Below, piece after piece: positions 15,776 through 30,066 of a stretch of DNA of 64,000 bases. Every line of letters starts with the position of its first letter. Position 1 is the first letter of the stretch. The translations under genes were made by a program, and so were the position numbers. Source of the DNA: Ophelia neglecta (Eukaryota); NCBI GenBank assembly GCA_965285935.1, contig OZ260664.1, positions 14,570,001-14,634,000 of the forward strand, in the 5' to 3' direction. The notes below the pieces were generated by a model. The model was not told the origin of the DNA, did no database searches, and worked only from the letters and a program-made list of their open reading frames with translations.

Positions 15776-16936
15776 TCCCAGCAATTCATCGCCAAATCAA
15801 TAATGAATTAATATTGGTATTGAAGTTTCGCCCATTCTTACTGTGTTTAGGAATCCGTAGTCCCAAGCAGCATTTATTTTATAGATTTTGTTCTAGTTTC
15901 TTTTTTCTTGTTTCTAACTGAAGCGCTATGTTTCAAACTGAAATGCAGGTTTTGGCGTCAACGTGATTCTGTGAAATTGGCCAGTAATTCGTGAAAATTC
16001 AAAAATTCTTGGAATGTATTGGGCCTCCTACCTTGAAAAAGTAGAAAAAAACTGCAATGCTTTATTCTAAGTGCATAGACGCGAGAGCTAGTCCTTGGGT
16101 GAACAGCTCCCGGTCCGTCTTTGTGTGCAGATAAATGATCTCATTTCGAATACCATGCTGACATTCATCATGGCACATGTGAGCCAAATACATTTGGTGC
16201 TCAATGAAGGCTGGATATATACATTTAACACTGACATTTGTATTGTTCTTTCACTGAGCAGGATAATTGTTATCAGCGGCAAGAATTCCGATATGCACAA
16301 GTTAACAGTTGACGAAAATTTATTTGACTAAAACTCGCTAGTAATGATAAATTGATTCGTATAATCTGCTTCCATTGTCCGAATCTTGCTATGCTCACCA
16401 CCAACAAGGTAGAGGAATAGCTATTCCCGTGCGTCACGGTGCAGTGTGGTCAATTGTAAATAGTACGTTTAAAACGAATTGCCCATTTTAATGTGATATT
16501 TGTATGCCCAGTCACTGTAACATTGCCCTACTTGCATCGCATGGGATCTCGTGTCCCCTATTTATTTCACCTAAACTAGATTAAGTGATATTTATTGAAT
16601 TTTGCAAATCGGATTTGATGGCTACAGAGAATGATCATACCATCCATGTTGAATCTCGGGCAGAAAATAAAGTTTATTATTGAACAATATTCGGCCTCTT
16701 CTAGCATTAAATCAATGCCTAATAGCATATTGGAAATACACAGCAGGGTATGGTCGTATATCTCATAATAATAGGGTATAACGCCAAATATAGCCAGCAA
16801 GCCTGACAGTTCCTGTGTGCGTATTCCACTTTCCACAGATAGGACATTCTAGCTTTAGTCATTCGCGAAATTTCATAAGGAATGTGTACGTTGAAATATT
16901 TCTTTGTTTACATATAGTATGTTTGGTTATTTCCAG

Positions 16937-17102
16937 GCTAAAGAGGATGAACGGAGTTTGTGCCAGAGTGAGTGGTCGGGCGACCTGAGTTTAGATCAGC
17001 CCTCATACGGCTCCATCTTCTTACTGATCAGAGAAGCCAGTTCCGAATCCGAAGGACCATGTGATTTTATCAAGAAGGTCTGTGAGATTATTGGAAGAAC
17101 AT
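16937..17102 (+). CDS. Internal exon of TMEM272-like protein (AKEDERSLCQSEWSGDLSLDQPSYGSIFLLIREASSESEGPCDFIKKVCEIIGRT)
   Basis: Acceptor ttatttccag, donor T|GTGAGT, 166 nt (phase 0 to 1). PSYxSIF..IREA......DFIK resembles the segment before TM1 in invertebrate TMEM272-like proteins as I recall them. Phase 1 joins 62856 in frame (T+TG=Leu). Confidence 0.75.
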
Positions 17103-19959
17103 GTGAGTAAACCATCGAGTTTCTGTTGTCGATGCGATGGCTTTCTATGAACGAGATGGAATATCATCAATTTGCATCTAATTTTATTTGTTTATTAACA
17201 TCCATGAATGCGATAATACAAGGAAAATACCCGAGCGGGCCGTTTATGACATATTGTCCTTGCCAAAGCGCTGTACATGGAAAAGTAACTGTTGCCATTG
17301 ACCAGTTTTATATTACACTTCGTATATTCTGAACACGTCTGCTACGGTTATCAAGTAATGAATCTGAGAAGCAAAACAGGGACAGTAGTCAATCATTATT
17401 ATAATTCTTAGAACTACTGGGCGTGTTAAGAATGGTAATGATACTACTGGCCACATGAAAGTGAACAGATGCAACTCATAACCACCGGTACTACTGATCT
17501 GTGCATTGTGTTTGCTAATTTGCTTTCTGGTCACAATCTGGGAAAATGAGTACACATTATGGCGATGATGCAATTAGGATGCTTTATGATGACTGGATTA
17601 GGAGGTGTGTTTTCTATTAAGGTCGGTTTAATCGGAATACAGTACAAAGTTGCAATACACTACTGCTTCATTGACGATGAACTTTAAAAAACGTGAAGCG
17701 ATACCTGGCAGACGAAGTCGAGAATAATAAATTAAATCGAAATCAACAAGCAGGCAAAGCATCTCAAAGATCAATAAATCAATCTCCAGCTCCGAAAAAG
17801 CAAACAGTAAATAAACATGTAATGCAAATAATAATAAATTAAATGTAAACATAAACTTGATATATCTTACAGTGAGCATTACTCAGCAGTTAAATTGGCT
17901 TAGCAAGGGTTATAGGGATTCATGATGGGCGTGGGCCCAATGGCGGTCAGACGTAGTTTTATAATAAAATAATGATGTTTGAATCACGTGCATAAAAGTT
18001 AATGCAAATGCAACGATATAAACATTTACTAACATTAAATTCTTTAACCAGTTTTGTATGAAATACAGCAATGTATTTTATACATTGTTTTATACACGTA
18101 CTTAAATTCGAATAGGAAACGTGCTCATATTTTGCAGGATTATCAGCTATCTTTATATTTTGGATTATCATATACCAAATCCGATTGTTGCATGGCGATA
18201 GTGCATAAAAACGGTTTTTGAACTTTTATCACGTTTTGCTTTAATACTTGAACCTATTTTGGACGATTTTCCAAGATGCATGCTTTAAAACCAACATAAT
18301 CTACCCACAGTAGACATCCAGACGCATGTAATTTGCTGAAAGGAAAAAAAAGTTTGACATGTCTTTCCTAATATAAACGTATTTTTCGGCTCTACCTGTA
18401 ATAAAAAGGAGTTCTATTTAGCAGGGTTCTCCCCAGGCAATCATTTGCTATATTATGAGCCGCAAAAATGCATGGTGCAAACAAACATGAATAATGGTGA
18501 ATTTAACCGCCATAGGCTTATCCTTTGGGAGCTGTCTTATTGATTTTCTTCCCGTTATTGGTACTATGTTCTGGCTTTTATTACATTTGGCGGATTGATA
18601 AGGCCGTTGGATAGGGGAGCAATAAAGACGAAGGTTTCATAACTCCTGTACTAATACGAGCTAGTAAATATGCAGAAAGCTTATATTCTTACCGTACCGG
18701 TGGCAATTCAAAGTGCTATTGAAAAGACCAAACAAAAATTCCAATCGTGTTCAAGAGCCATAGTAATTGAGTGTTTTTATGATAGAACTCATAAGCAGTG
18801 TATCATATTAAATGCTCAGCGCTCATATTGGGACCTGTTTGTTCTTAATAACTGATTGTCGGCGTGCATTAGTGTAATAGTAAAAACATTCGCATGATCA
18901 CATGCTGGCCATGGCTATATCAACTCAGGAAAGTGCATTTGGGCGTTCCGGACATGGAGGGTTCCCGACATATTCTTTTTCGCATGATATGAATAATGAG
19001 AATGTCAACTCACACATCTAACCTTGAACGTCTCAATTCATTTTAGCCCTGTGGATAAAAAATGTCTTCTTTATCTGGATATGTTAAACAAATGTTATCA
19101 TGTTAGTGTTACCTGCATCCGAACACTGCTATGGGGCCGGTAACCAGCGTAATTGTTAGGCTAAAAGGAAGATTACATGAAATGTTTATTCTTCTACTAA
19201 AATGAGATGATCTCCTTCAATGCTTTGTTGTCAAGGATATGATAATTGCCAGAATTGTTCTTTTTGCCCGACGAGATTTTCATCCTGGCAATATGTGAAT
19301 CATCAATGGAGGAAGCCGCGAGTTTAGCTTACTTGTACTGAAAGTGGGTTAATTAAATTAAAATTTTATATAAATTCATCAAGAAAGAAACAATGCAAAA
19401 AACATGGTCGACACGTAATAATCGCACACGACTTCATGAGGCCATTGAAATCTTCCATAAGCCAGGTCATGTGAATGTTAAATTAAACGAGCACAGGTGG
19501 ATCAGCACTACAGCCCGAGAACCTTACCATGCGGACGAGCGGGGAAGAAGCAATACAGGTAAGGCATGGAGAGTTAATACCATGTATTACTGATGTTAAT
19601 GCAACTTGTCATACAGATGCTAGATGATTCATACATGATTTTCGGCCGACTTCATTTATTAGTATTTTTTGCTATCTTAAACATTCCAGGTAATCATTTG
19701 GTAATATTGCGATGATATAGCATTTGTTTTTGTTAACACCCTCTTCATTCTTTCTAGAAGTTTATTAGTTTCGTATTTTATTACGTCAGAAGAGCCAACT
19801 AAAAGAGGAAGAGTGGTTTGATAACGTTTACACATTGTATTCATTTAACCAAAATGGTAGAAAACTGTGCTGGTTCTTACTGCACGTTTGGTACGCAAAT
19901 GCATGTTTTCGAATGTTTCATTTTTTATGTTTATTTTCTTTTTGGGAGCTAGTAATTGA

Positions 19960-20075
19960 TTGATTGATGTGTGTGGTGCTGCGGCTGCTGGTTCCTGATG
20001 AGTTCGGACCCATTGATTGGACTACTGTTATTCAATGATTTGGCTTTGTCTTCCCGTATTCACTCCCGTTTTTAA
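19960..20075 (+). repeat. Dispersed repeat family R1, copy 2
   Basis: gtgtggtgctgcggctgctggttcctgatgagttcggac...tggctttgtc. Confidence 0.7.
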
Positions 20076-21789
20076 TGTAGGTTCTCTATTCTTTAGTCAT
20101 TACTTTCAAATATACAGCCGTGATTTGTTTTTTCATAAATTTAGCGCCTGGATGATAATTTACAATACTGGCCGATTATAATTATATAACATTTTATGGT
20201 AATATTAAGGGTGGAATTGTAGAAAATGTAAACATTTGGCTGTTATAATCAATTCAAAAAGCTAGAAACGCACATTTCGTTTGCTGTTATATTAAAAACC
20301 TTGCTCAATACAATTGTTGTGCTAAAATCATATTAGTAAATGTTTTTTATAGACTTGGTATCCAGTGAGCAACTTGTTTTACCTGCTTGGATGGATAGCT
20401 TCTTATTCCAACCACAACAAATGCTTTAACATCAGCTTTTTGATGCTAAATGTTGTCTAAATTTTCGTGTGTATTGATTGGAAGGTTCCTGTTTAGTCTT
20501 ACACGTTTAGTTAATGAAAATCCATTTAAGCTATTTGTAAAAGATGTACCCCAATCATGAAAAATACATAGGGTTAATAAACCTTAATCTGATGTGCCTA
20601 ATGATATTCATAATGCTGGACTTATATTCTTTAACTAGTCTTGAATAAATGGACCTTATTTGTTAAGATATTGGCAGCCCTGATTGATGGTCTGGACAGA
20701 GGGATCATCTCCCTTTTTTGCAGTTTATTTAATAGTTCGTAAATGTTGCCATACATTCCCTTTCTGCTTAATAGACAACTGTTGACTACTTCTCCTTACA
20801 AGTGATATTCCATTTATGTGTCCATCTTTTATAATTGCATTGCAAGTTTATTTCATGTTTGGGAGAAGACATTGATGTATTGATCTGGATGTATTTGCCT
20901 GTAGCTGCTAGTTCATGCTGATTTAGGACCTATTTATTACTAGACTTTGTCTTTGTCTACCGGATATCCATAACCGTTATGTTTGGGTAAACGTAATATG
21001 GTTATCACATAATGCGACAGCTTTGAACTTTAGATTAAGTCGGAAAACTTGATTGATGGAAGCTTCCCCCAACATAACTTGGTTGTGGGATTAATAGATT
21101 ATATAGTGCAGCACGCTAGCTCGCGTGACGACATTCAATCGATAAAGTGCAAGGCAAACCGGGGCCCTGTACCTGATAACCGTTCGTGCAACGGTAAAAT
21201 AACCTATTACAATGTGTTCATTTTTTTTGTTACCAATTTTGGGCTCCAATGATAAATGAATCTTAACAGACCCAAATTCCTTTTATAACCTTCTCTATGT
21301 GTGGTTTGAATAGAGAGAAGCAGCATGATCATTTAGTCGTGATCGCCGAATGCCCGTCGAAAGGTGTCTGTTATAAATGTTATCAGCCAGTCTCATTTAT
21401 TTAAGGTATCCGTGGAAAAGCCCACGTTCTATACAAACATAGATAATAAGTATAACAAGTAAGAGCAAAATATGAATAAGCTCTGTATAAACCTGGAATG
21501 CTGTGGAGAAGGCAGCAAGTATAAAGGATATGAAGGTGCTTAAAAATAATCATTGGTAGGCCTCCATTCATCAAACATCTTTTTTGGAATATAATGAAAC
21601 TTAATGTTGTGGAAATAAATATTGCCTTCAAGTAAACGCATCCCATTTCGACCATGCACTTTACAGACCATAATGCAGTGCCCGACTGGGCAAACTTGGT
21701 GACCATACTAATATGTTAGACCAGATCAGATGATGTTTTGGTTTTATTGATGACACCCGTTAAACATCGCCAGTCTAGCGATACATTAT

Positions 21790-23178
21790 ATAGGCAATCA
21801 GGTTCGCACAAAATATTGCTTTCGTGAAGAACTTAATAGTGTTCTTATGAGATTTGTAAATGGATAATGTCGTGTTGTTTTGCTCATATATAACATTCTA
21901 GAGTCGAAATTACGGAAAATCTTTATTCATGTATAGGGAAGACACTATTTATTTTACTTATTTAAAGCCTTTAAACACAGTAGTTGATTACCTGCCTAGA
22001 AAGTGATATAAATACATGTTTGTTATTGGCCCAATGTTATTCACGTGAATTGGGTATTGAAAAGTGCCCAATAAGATGTCGAAAAGCCAAGATCACATTC
22101 ATCGAGACTGGAGTTATTAAGTCAAGTAATATTCGCCCTTTTGTTAACCATTTAAAACCTTGTCACAGTTACTCACTTTCTGGCAACCCGATTATGCGGT
22201 TATTCTGCAATCGGAAATTGTTAGCACGTCTTTCATGATGATGGCTTTGGATGTTCATATCGAAAAACTCTGCCTTATTTAAATGTAAAAGCTGTTAATT
22301 CCGAGGCTGGGGGCGGGGGGGGGGGGTAGAGGGGCGACCCCATACTTAGGGATGTCAGAGAGTTTGGAAGTGGTTTTAAACTATATAGCTATTTGTAGTC
22401 TTAGCTTGGAACCGGGAATTTAACACTTGGACACATATTTTCCTTTTCTATGGAATAATCAACTGGATGCTGTTGAATAGCGTGCCAACTTCACATTTCA
22501 GTTTTGTAATTAGAAAAATAAACCATCATATGCGCAAACACTGCCTTTTTGTTTGAATAATGAACCATAACTAAATTCATATAGGTAACCAGGTTAACAC
22601 AAATTATTGCTTTGGCGAAGAACTTTATTGCGCTCTTATTAGATTTGTTAATGTATTATGGCAGGTTCAGTGTTTTGGCCATATGTAACACTATTTATTT
22701 TTATTCAAAGCTTTTATGCACAGTAGTTGATCACCTTCCTAGAAAGTGATATAAATATATGGTTGTGTAGGCCCTAATGTGACTGTAAATTGGCTATTGA
22801 AAAGTGCCCGACAAGAACTCGAAAAGCTAAAGCACATTCATCGAGGCTGGCTTTATCTAATCATTCCACTGATATTATCATTTTTGTTGAAACCTTAAAT
22901 GTAAAAGATGTCCATTCCGAAGTTAGGGGGGGGGGGTTGGGGGTTAGGGGCGGTCCCAGACATAGGGATGTCAGAAAGTTTGGGAATGGTTTTAAGCACT
23001 ATAGCTACTTGTAGTCTTAGCTTGGAACCAGAAATTATTCGTTTTCATTGCAATAATCATCTGAATGATGTTGAATAGCGTGCTACCTTCACATTGCAGA
23101 TTTTTTATTCGAAAAATGAACCCTTATATGTGAAAACTGAGCTGCACTTTTGTTTGAATAAAGAACCATAACTAAATA
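21790..23178 (+). repeat. Diverged tandem duplication (~790 bp copy 21790-22578; ~600 bp copy 22582-23178)
   Basis: Shared blocks such as cacagtagttgat, ctagaaagtgatataaata, tgtagtcttagcttggaacc, G-runs and ttttgtttgaataa.gaaccataactaaat; deletions in copy 2. Confidence 0.9.
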
Positions 23179-24349
23179 ATAAAAAAACAACTATCAACTG
23201 CAGATTATTATTTGAATAGTAAACCATCAACAATAAATCAGGTGCCAACTTTACGTATTACAGAATGTGGCATGGAAAAAAAGGCGTGCGTGGGGAGATA
23301 TGTAGATACATATGTTATGTACATTTAGTGGATGATAAACTGATTGTAAAATTAAGGTTGTCTCTTTTATCAACTCTGTTGTTTCTTAACTATGTAATTT
23401 CATCTTGTACTGGTTGACTTTTCATACCTTTGTTAGGTTTTGCAACCCTCAGGGATATCCATTGCTTATGACCTGCTGTCATCTTTCACAACGTCCAATT
23501 TAATTGTGCCTCCCACTCGTTTTACGCCATTATGGGATGATTATTATTTGCAACGAGTTATTATCAAATATCCGAGATTAATTAAAGTCGATTATCCCAA
23601 TTAAGATGAATTCACTAGGGATAAAATATACTGCTTTGGATGGAAAACAAGGCATCATCTATTTTTGTAATGTTAGTTGAACATATCAGGTATCATTGGG
23701 TTGATGGTTTTATAAATAGGTGTATACGCAATGCTCTTTAACCTCAGAACCTACTTGACCTAATTGTATGCATCTGTGCATATTCAGTAAACATGTGCGA
23801 TGGTGAAACTCTTTCGTGTGCGTTGTAGATGCGCCACTAACGAGTACGTGGACATTATATTATAGTCTTCTTCATTTTTACAAGACTTTCGTTTCGATAC
23901 AATTCTGCTATATGTTTGCTAGACTTCCAGAGTGAGACTAATATCCGTCATTAAGACAATGAATATCAGATTCAGTACATTCTGATACTACTAATGCATA
24001 ATATTTTCCTGATACTTACCATACTTGATACAGCAGGTTTTTCTGTTATATAAGTATTAACTAAGGTGAAGCCAACTGAGGAAATAACAAAACCAATTAC
24101 AGGAAAAGTTTTCCGATGAAACTCTGAGGGACACGTGATCGACTGAGGCCGGATATCATTGCTGAACAGTGCATTTAACTAATACCTGGGTTTATTCCAA
24201 TTTGAGTGTGGATCATATGTTGTTATTCGCTAGCAACACTTTTAATCAGGGCGAATCGTTGTCTGACACGGGAAATATAGTCGTGCGATTTCATCGAGGT
24301 TGTGTCATACAATTTCATAGTAAGGACTTTTCAGTGCCACTCAGAGTTT

Positions 24350-24512
24350 ATGCCTGTCATAATGAAGATAACCCATACTCCGAAAACCAATGGTCAATGC
24401 CAGATTTTTAAAGCACCTGGTCACGTGATAGTGAAATTGGAAGAGAATGCATGTGACGTCACTTCATCCAGTGAAACAGACCCGGAAATTGAGCGCGGGC
24501 CCGAGTCTCCAG
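24350..24512 (+). CDS. Possible alternative first exon of the TMEM272-like gene (MPVIMKITHTPK...EIERGPESP)
   Basis: Open frame from ATG 24350 with natural-looking composition; donor CAG|GTACGA in phase 1 is compatible with exon 62856. Inference only. Confidence 0.35.
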
Positions 24513-25599
24513 GTACGACTTAATTCACTGTTTAAATTATTCCATCCATACATAATAACGCACTCATGATCACACCGAGAAGATGTGTTGATTATGATTT
24601 CATAATGATAATGAACAATTTGTATCAAAGACTTGATTCCTGTCGGGTTGCAGACAGGTTGGGGCCTGGATGGTACGGCTGGCACTTGGATCATGGGCCA
24701 GTTCCCTTGGAGAGAGAGAAGGGGCGGGGGAGGCGCGTTAATATCTGTAGTTTACGGAAATGCTTGATAGAATGCTCAATATTACCGATTATCTAGGCAG
24801 AAAGACCTGGCACGCAGGCACCAAAAATGACAATATATAAACATTAAAGGAATTAAGATATAGATTTATTGTTATTTATTTGAATTTCTCGTTTACGTTT
24901 GGGTTGCCACGGTATTAGGTCGTTTTCTTATTACAGTCAACACAGTCTCTAATGCTCCTCCCGCCGATGCAATTCACCGGTGTCGGTCGAAAACCGCTCC
25001 CGTATATTAAATTCGTATATAATTCTCAGTATCTTCGCTACACTTTGTTGTACTGTGTCTTGAAGCAGATACCATCATGAAGTGATATTGCCATTAGAAG
25101 ACGCAACTGTCAATCGGCTTCCTTCGCGACGATTATCAAAATCTCGGTATTTTTTGCTTTTCTCCAGCACTAACACGTTAGCTGTGCTAGGGAAATAATA
25201 AATCACTGCGCGCTCCCCTCAACCCACACGAACCCCACCTGCGCCTATGAAGTGTTAAATGAAGCCATTTGGAGAAAAATAGAACTATGGACATACAAAC
25301 TTAAAGCTGCATATATCTGCAGATGGCATTTGGCCTTATAAAGAACTTGTACTCGTGCCTACCTCAGAAGAATGGACGTGTGCGCCGTGCTGAAGTTGTG
25401 TAGCCACATATTAAACTCGTTTATTTCCCATATGGTGCAGTTGACTACAGTTTTGCTGAATCAAACCATTTCAGTATCACACTTAAAAGTGCAAACTCGC
25501 CACTCACTACTCGACAATCACTACTCGCCAAAAAGTCACACTCCAGTCTAGTAATACGATTGCAATCCATATTTTTTGTTTACTGCTTTGCTTCATTTC

Positions 25600-28250
25600 A
25601 ACGTTAACGCCAGTAGTACAATTTGCCAAATAGTACGGATTTGTCCATGTCCAATACGTGTCAGTAGCTCTCAGTAGTACAACTGCAATGCTAGGTGCAT
25701 GAAACTACAATTGGTAAACGTTATACATGAATCGATTATAGAAGAGGTGGAACATCTTTTACAAAAGGATCCTTGCCAACACAGTTTCTTGGGTCCCAAT
25801 TTGATGCTCAGCTAGAAATATGCACATTTCCATGTATATGACCGTTTACTTGGCATGTCCAGCGGCCAAACATGATCTAAGGCACATAGTTTTACTAACT
25901 GCTTCGCTATTAGACGTCTAATAATGCATTTGTTTTGAATATAAAATCCGATTCCCAAAGTGGAAAAGAAAATCCTGAAAAGGATTTTGAATAAGGTGCT
26001 TCATACAAAATCCAAGCTTCCTCAGGATAAGTACCACACCGAATATTCTACGCCTGAGCTCTGTATTACTGACCAGGACAAATGAACACGAATCTAATTG
26101 AACCCTGGATAAAGATACGCAATGGATATTCATGCTGCCTTAAGGTATCAATAGAGAAGGCACACTAAATGGAAGTGGACCAGCCAAATTGCTCTTAAGA
26201 GTCAGGGTACCTGCACATTATTTCCTTGTTGAGGCCACTCGTATGCAGTAAACCCGCTCGCGTGTCATAAATCACAGGATATCAATAGACGACACTCAAC
26301 TCATGTCTCTGGCTGTTGTTTGATACCGACAAGGCAATGGTCTACATGATAGGAACAATTCGGTTCTTGAATTCCAGAAATGAGATATTTCAAACAGAAT
26401 GAGTTTTGCCATCACAATAACTCTTATTTCAAGATTCTGGTATTGATACAGGTACCGTCTGACCAGACAATAATGGTACGACCCTTTACTTGGCATGTGC
26501 ATGCAGGCGATAATAATTGGCTGTTAATAATGATATCTAGCGGGCTGGAGTGGCCAAGCGATTATTTATCTAGAAGGAGTACATGCTTCTGTACTGCCAG
26601 TGCCGTATGCTTCGGCTGGTTATGCGCATTGTACCTTTATGTGTATGCATACGTGAGTATTACACGCATTAGCACTGTATAACATGACAACAAAATAACC
26701 CACTATGCCCGTTTGGTATACGTTTGTCACCGTCCTCGTGAATGGTGCTCATAATTACAAGGCGTAGGCCAATTAATGTAGATATAATTGGCATCAATTT
26801 ATATCAGACAATCAGGAAATAATAATCTGCCAATGGTTAGTATGTTTCTAAAGGAAGAATTATTTCATCAGCTATTACAGATAACCAGATTTTTACGTTT
26901 GCATAACATGTCTTTCAAAATTGATCGTATTGCATTAGGTGTTGCCTGATTAGACAGAAGTGATCTGACCTTTAACATTGCTTTAACATTGCTTTAACAT
27001 TGCTTGATCATGAAGTAATAATTTAGTGTCAAAGCTGACTTCCTCAAGGCTGCCTTAGGCCAAAACCAAAGCCTCTAACGGAGTGCCAGCCGTTTTAATT
27101 TGGTGTAGTGCTCAGGCGGTGCATTGAAAGCATTATTGTTTAATTCTTACAGAAGTAACTACTAGCAGCATGTATTATGAAGATCACCTACTGCGTGTGC
27201 AGGCCATATATCACAAATTATTATCCTGCTGCTAAGATTTTATTCTACATGTATACCACGGACAATATTGCAACATTGACACCTGGTCATGTGACAAGGT
27301 CTTAAGAATTAACCTTGGCACCATACCAACATAAAATCGAAGGCATATATTACATAGTATCTCTGTATTATCAGTTAAGCACAACCAAATATGTAGCATG
27401 CCCCGTGACAGTTTGTGCAAGGGGAGACGTCTCAATACATTTGATGCTCCTCCATCCTGTCCTTCAGCACACCTGAACCAATGCTTTCGTTAGCGGCTAA
27501 GAGTTCCTAAGGTTCGCTGCTTAGGTGCGAATAGCACGATGCAGCTGAGAATCCCGTAATGATACAAACCTCAGGCAATTTATTGTTGGCAGGAGGTATG
27601 GCAAATCTATTACCATAATATTGTAAGACGCCTAACCAATAACGAACGAACGTATCGTGAGATGAATGGTAACCTATTTAGGCTACACCTTGGATGGAAG
27701 CGAATTCCAGGCATCTGTCATTATTAATAAAATAAATAGGAAACCTTAGGCTATGATACAACTGCGTCATATGATCGCCCGGACTGAGGATGACAGAACA
27801 CATTTTATAGGTAGTCTCAACGGCAAGCTTATGGAGGAGGCAGACATGTACATGTGCACACAGTACTAGCTCTGCGGGCGAACTTTGTACCTGGTCATAT
27901 CTGCTCAAGTCGCTTCCAGGCTTATATGGCCGCCTGCTATGGCAAAGCGCCGAGGCAGATATGTAATGGCTACCTGTTGGATATTATATAGCGTCGTCGT
28001 GTACTGTTTCTAACGTGAGCTGAGCGCTCCTTTAAGAGGCGTGCTTCCTACACAAGCGGTGCAGAACAGTACAATGTGGACAAGTATTGACATTATAACA
28101 CTTCTGTGGATACCAAATGGCGAAACATTATTTGATATCAGTGCTGATTTACATAAAGGATTTCTCGCTGGGAAGCTCCGGTAGGACCACTGTATAATGT
28201 AGCCGTTTGGTCTGGTACACTATTGTAGGCACCTTGGTGAATATGTGATG
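25600..28250 (+). pseudogene. Decayed TLR-like pseudogene unit 1 (LRR, LRR-CT, TM, TIR, TIR)
   Basis: LRR-like L(RY/LDV)SNNAF at ~25900; PFTW...WLL...WPSDYL at ~26480-26570 followed by a hydrophobic stretch; TIR1 YFISY (26861), DFL, IIILLL...IP; TIR2 YDTTASYDRPD (27752) in frame with RANFVPGH (27875). Many stops and frameshifts. Confidence 0.6.
26970..27005 (+). repeat. 11-bp tandem repeat (ctttaacattg)x3
   Basis: Directly visible. Confidence 0.9.
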
Positions 28251-29964
28251 TAAGTTAGCAGTAGTTTGGTGTTCTTTTCATATTTAGCAACACAAGTATT
28301 CATATTTCTGTGTTTCCGTTATATATTCCTTTATGTGTTTTGCAAAATGCCCCACTGCAAACCGAGTGTTAGATTTCAGTTGAATATTATAGGTACAATA
28401 CTTACATCAACGTCATTACATCAAAGTTGCATCATTCTGGTAGTGTAGTTGGCACAAATAATATTAATAACGTTAAGTTTAGTTAAGGCACACTATATAT
28501 ATATATCAGCTATAGCATCCTAGATGTGACGAGTATTTGGTTTAGAAAGCAATGGATGATTTTAATGGAATATCAGAATGATAACTTTGTGACCATGATG
28601 TGGGTAAAAAATGGAACCCATTAATAACCCTATTTATTTTGTCATAACCCAGACTTTAAATAATCGTGTGACATAAAGGGGAAAATCGATTACTTTCGGG
28701 TATCGTTTAATTCCGCAGGGTAAGTAGTACGGAATAGTGCGTACTGCGCGAACTTACCCGTTCCAGAAAGGTGCTTGCATACTATGCTTTTGATTAGCAT
28801 ACTGTCCGAGCGGATTGAACCCGCTTCTGTGTGAAAACAGCCACCTTTTTGTAGGTATTAAACAATGCTCGATGTTACCTGCCTTTTCTCTGCGCTGCAT
28901 TGTTTCAGAATCCATGATATACCGCTGTTTCCAAAAATCGTACTTCACAAATATTGTCGCAATTTATTCTTGGTAGTTACATAATTGTTTAAATGTTGTA
29001 TCAACCCTATGGTCCCACTTTATATGATAATGACAATAGAGCTCCTACTTTGAGTGTGTGCCTCATATTCATACATGTAATATTTAAGCCCGAAAAAATA
29101 TTGCAACTGCTATTTCAGTTTTCAAAATTTGTGTTTTCCATTAGTGAGTGGGGTTCTTAATACTTTTACCCTTGTTTGACCCTCCGGTGACGTAATGATA
29201 TATGTTGCTCGATAGATTATATTATCGTGGTTCTCTTGCCAAGCAATGCCAGTATCAAAGATATGAGTCGATTTACCTTTTATAATTGTTGGGCTTTTCA
29301 GCACTTTTTCACCCACCCCACCTCCACCCATACACACCCACACAGAGGCACACTCTCCGAAATATCGCGTGACTTGTATGTGGTTTCAAATAAAACAAGG
29401 TGGACGGACCGGAAATGCACACACGGCAGAGGAAGAACATTATCTATCTAGAATAGTCCATTAAATCGTTCCGAAAATGTACAAATTATAATAAATTGGC
29501 TGACCATACACATTAGTCGATTAACTTGGTTTATTGATTCAAATGCATCTAAAGTCTGTCAAAGGTTTTTGCGACAAACTTATCTATAATCTCAGATTTA
29601 TAAACAAAAAATTGATTCTGAGAAGGCAACTTTATTGTTTTTTTATGCTTATGACTGACTTGTTTGTTTTGTAATCAGTATTTAACCTGTATTAAGTGAA
29701 AATGTTGAATATTTGTCATCAATGTGATATCAAGTCAGTTGTTGATGATTAATTCCATAACGGCACTTATTTTAACTCGAGGTCCAGTTTCCTGAAGTTG
29801 TCTTACGTTAATTAGATAAGCCTAGGCCCATTATCGCGTAGCTGAGACCCCCAAAAAAAGAAAGATAGAGAATCCGTCTAATCACATAAAAGGAATATGA
29901 GAGCCAGCGAAAGCTCGGCTGCTAAGATAAATATATATGGGACTTTTCGTTTAGGAAATTGTTG

Positions 29965-30066
29965 TTTAAAGGCCTGCATCTGATGGTTCCTGAAGAATTC
30001 GGACAGTTTACATCGATAATTTTAAAAGAATGATTTTGCATTTTCGGTCTGGTTTCCACTCTGTTT
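29965..30066 (+). repeat. Dispersed repeat family R1, copy 3
   Basis: ctgatggttcctgaagaattcggac...aatgattttgc...cactctgttt. Confidence 0.55.

Noticed and set aside
19990-20040. Hammerhead ribozyme suggested by CTGATGAG in repeat R1
   Set aside because: No stem II followed by GAAA at the required distance, and the core is not conserved in the other three copies.
20100-21000. Ancient plus-strand LINE RT relic (GLDRGIISLFCSLFN resembles GVxQGxxLSPxLF)
   Set aside because: A single weak motif with no continuous frame; cannot be supported without a profile search.
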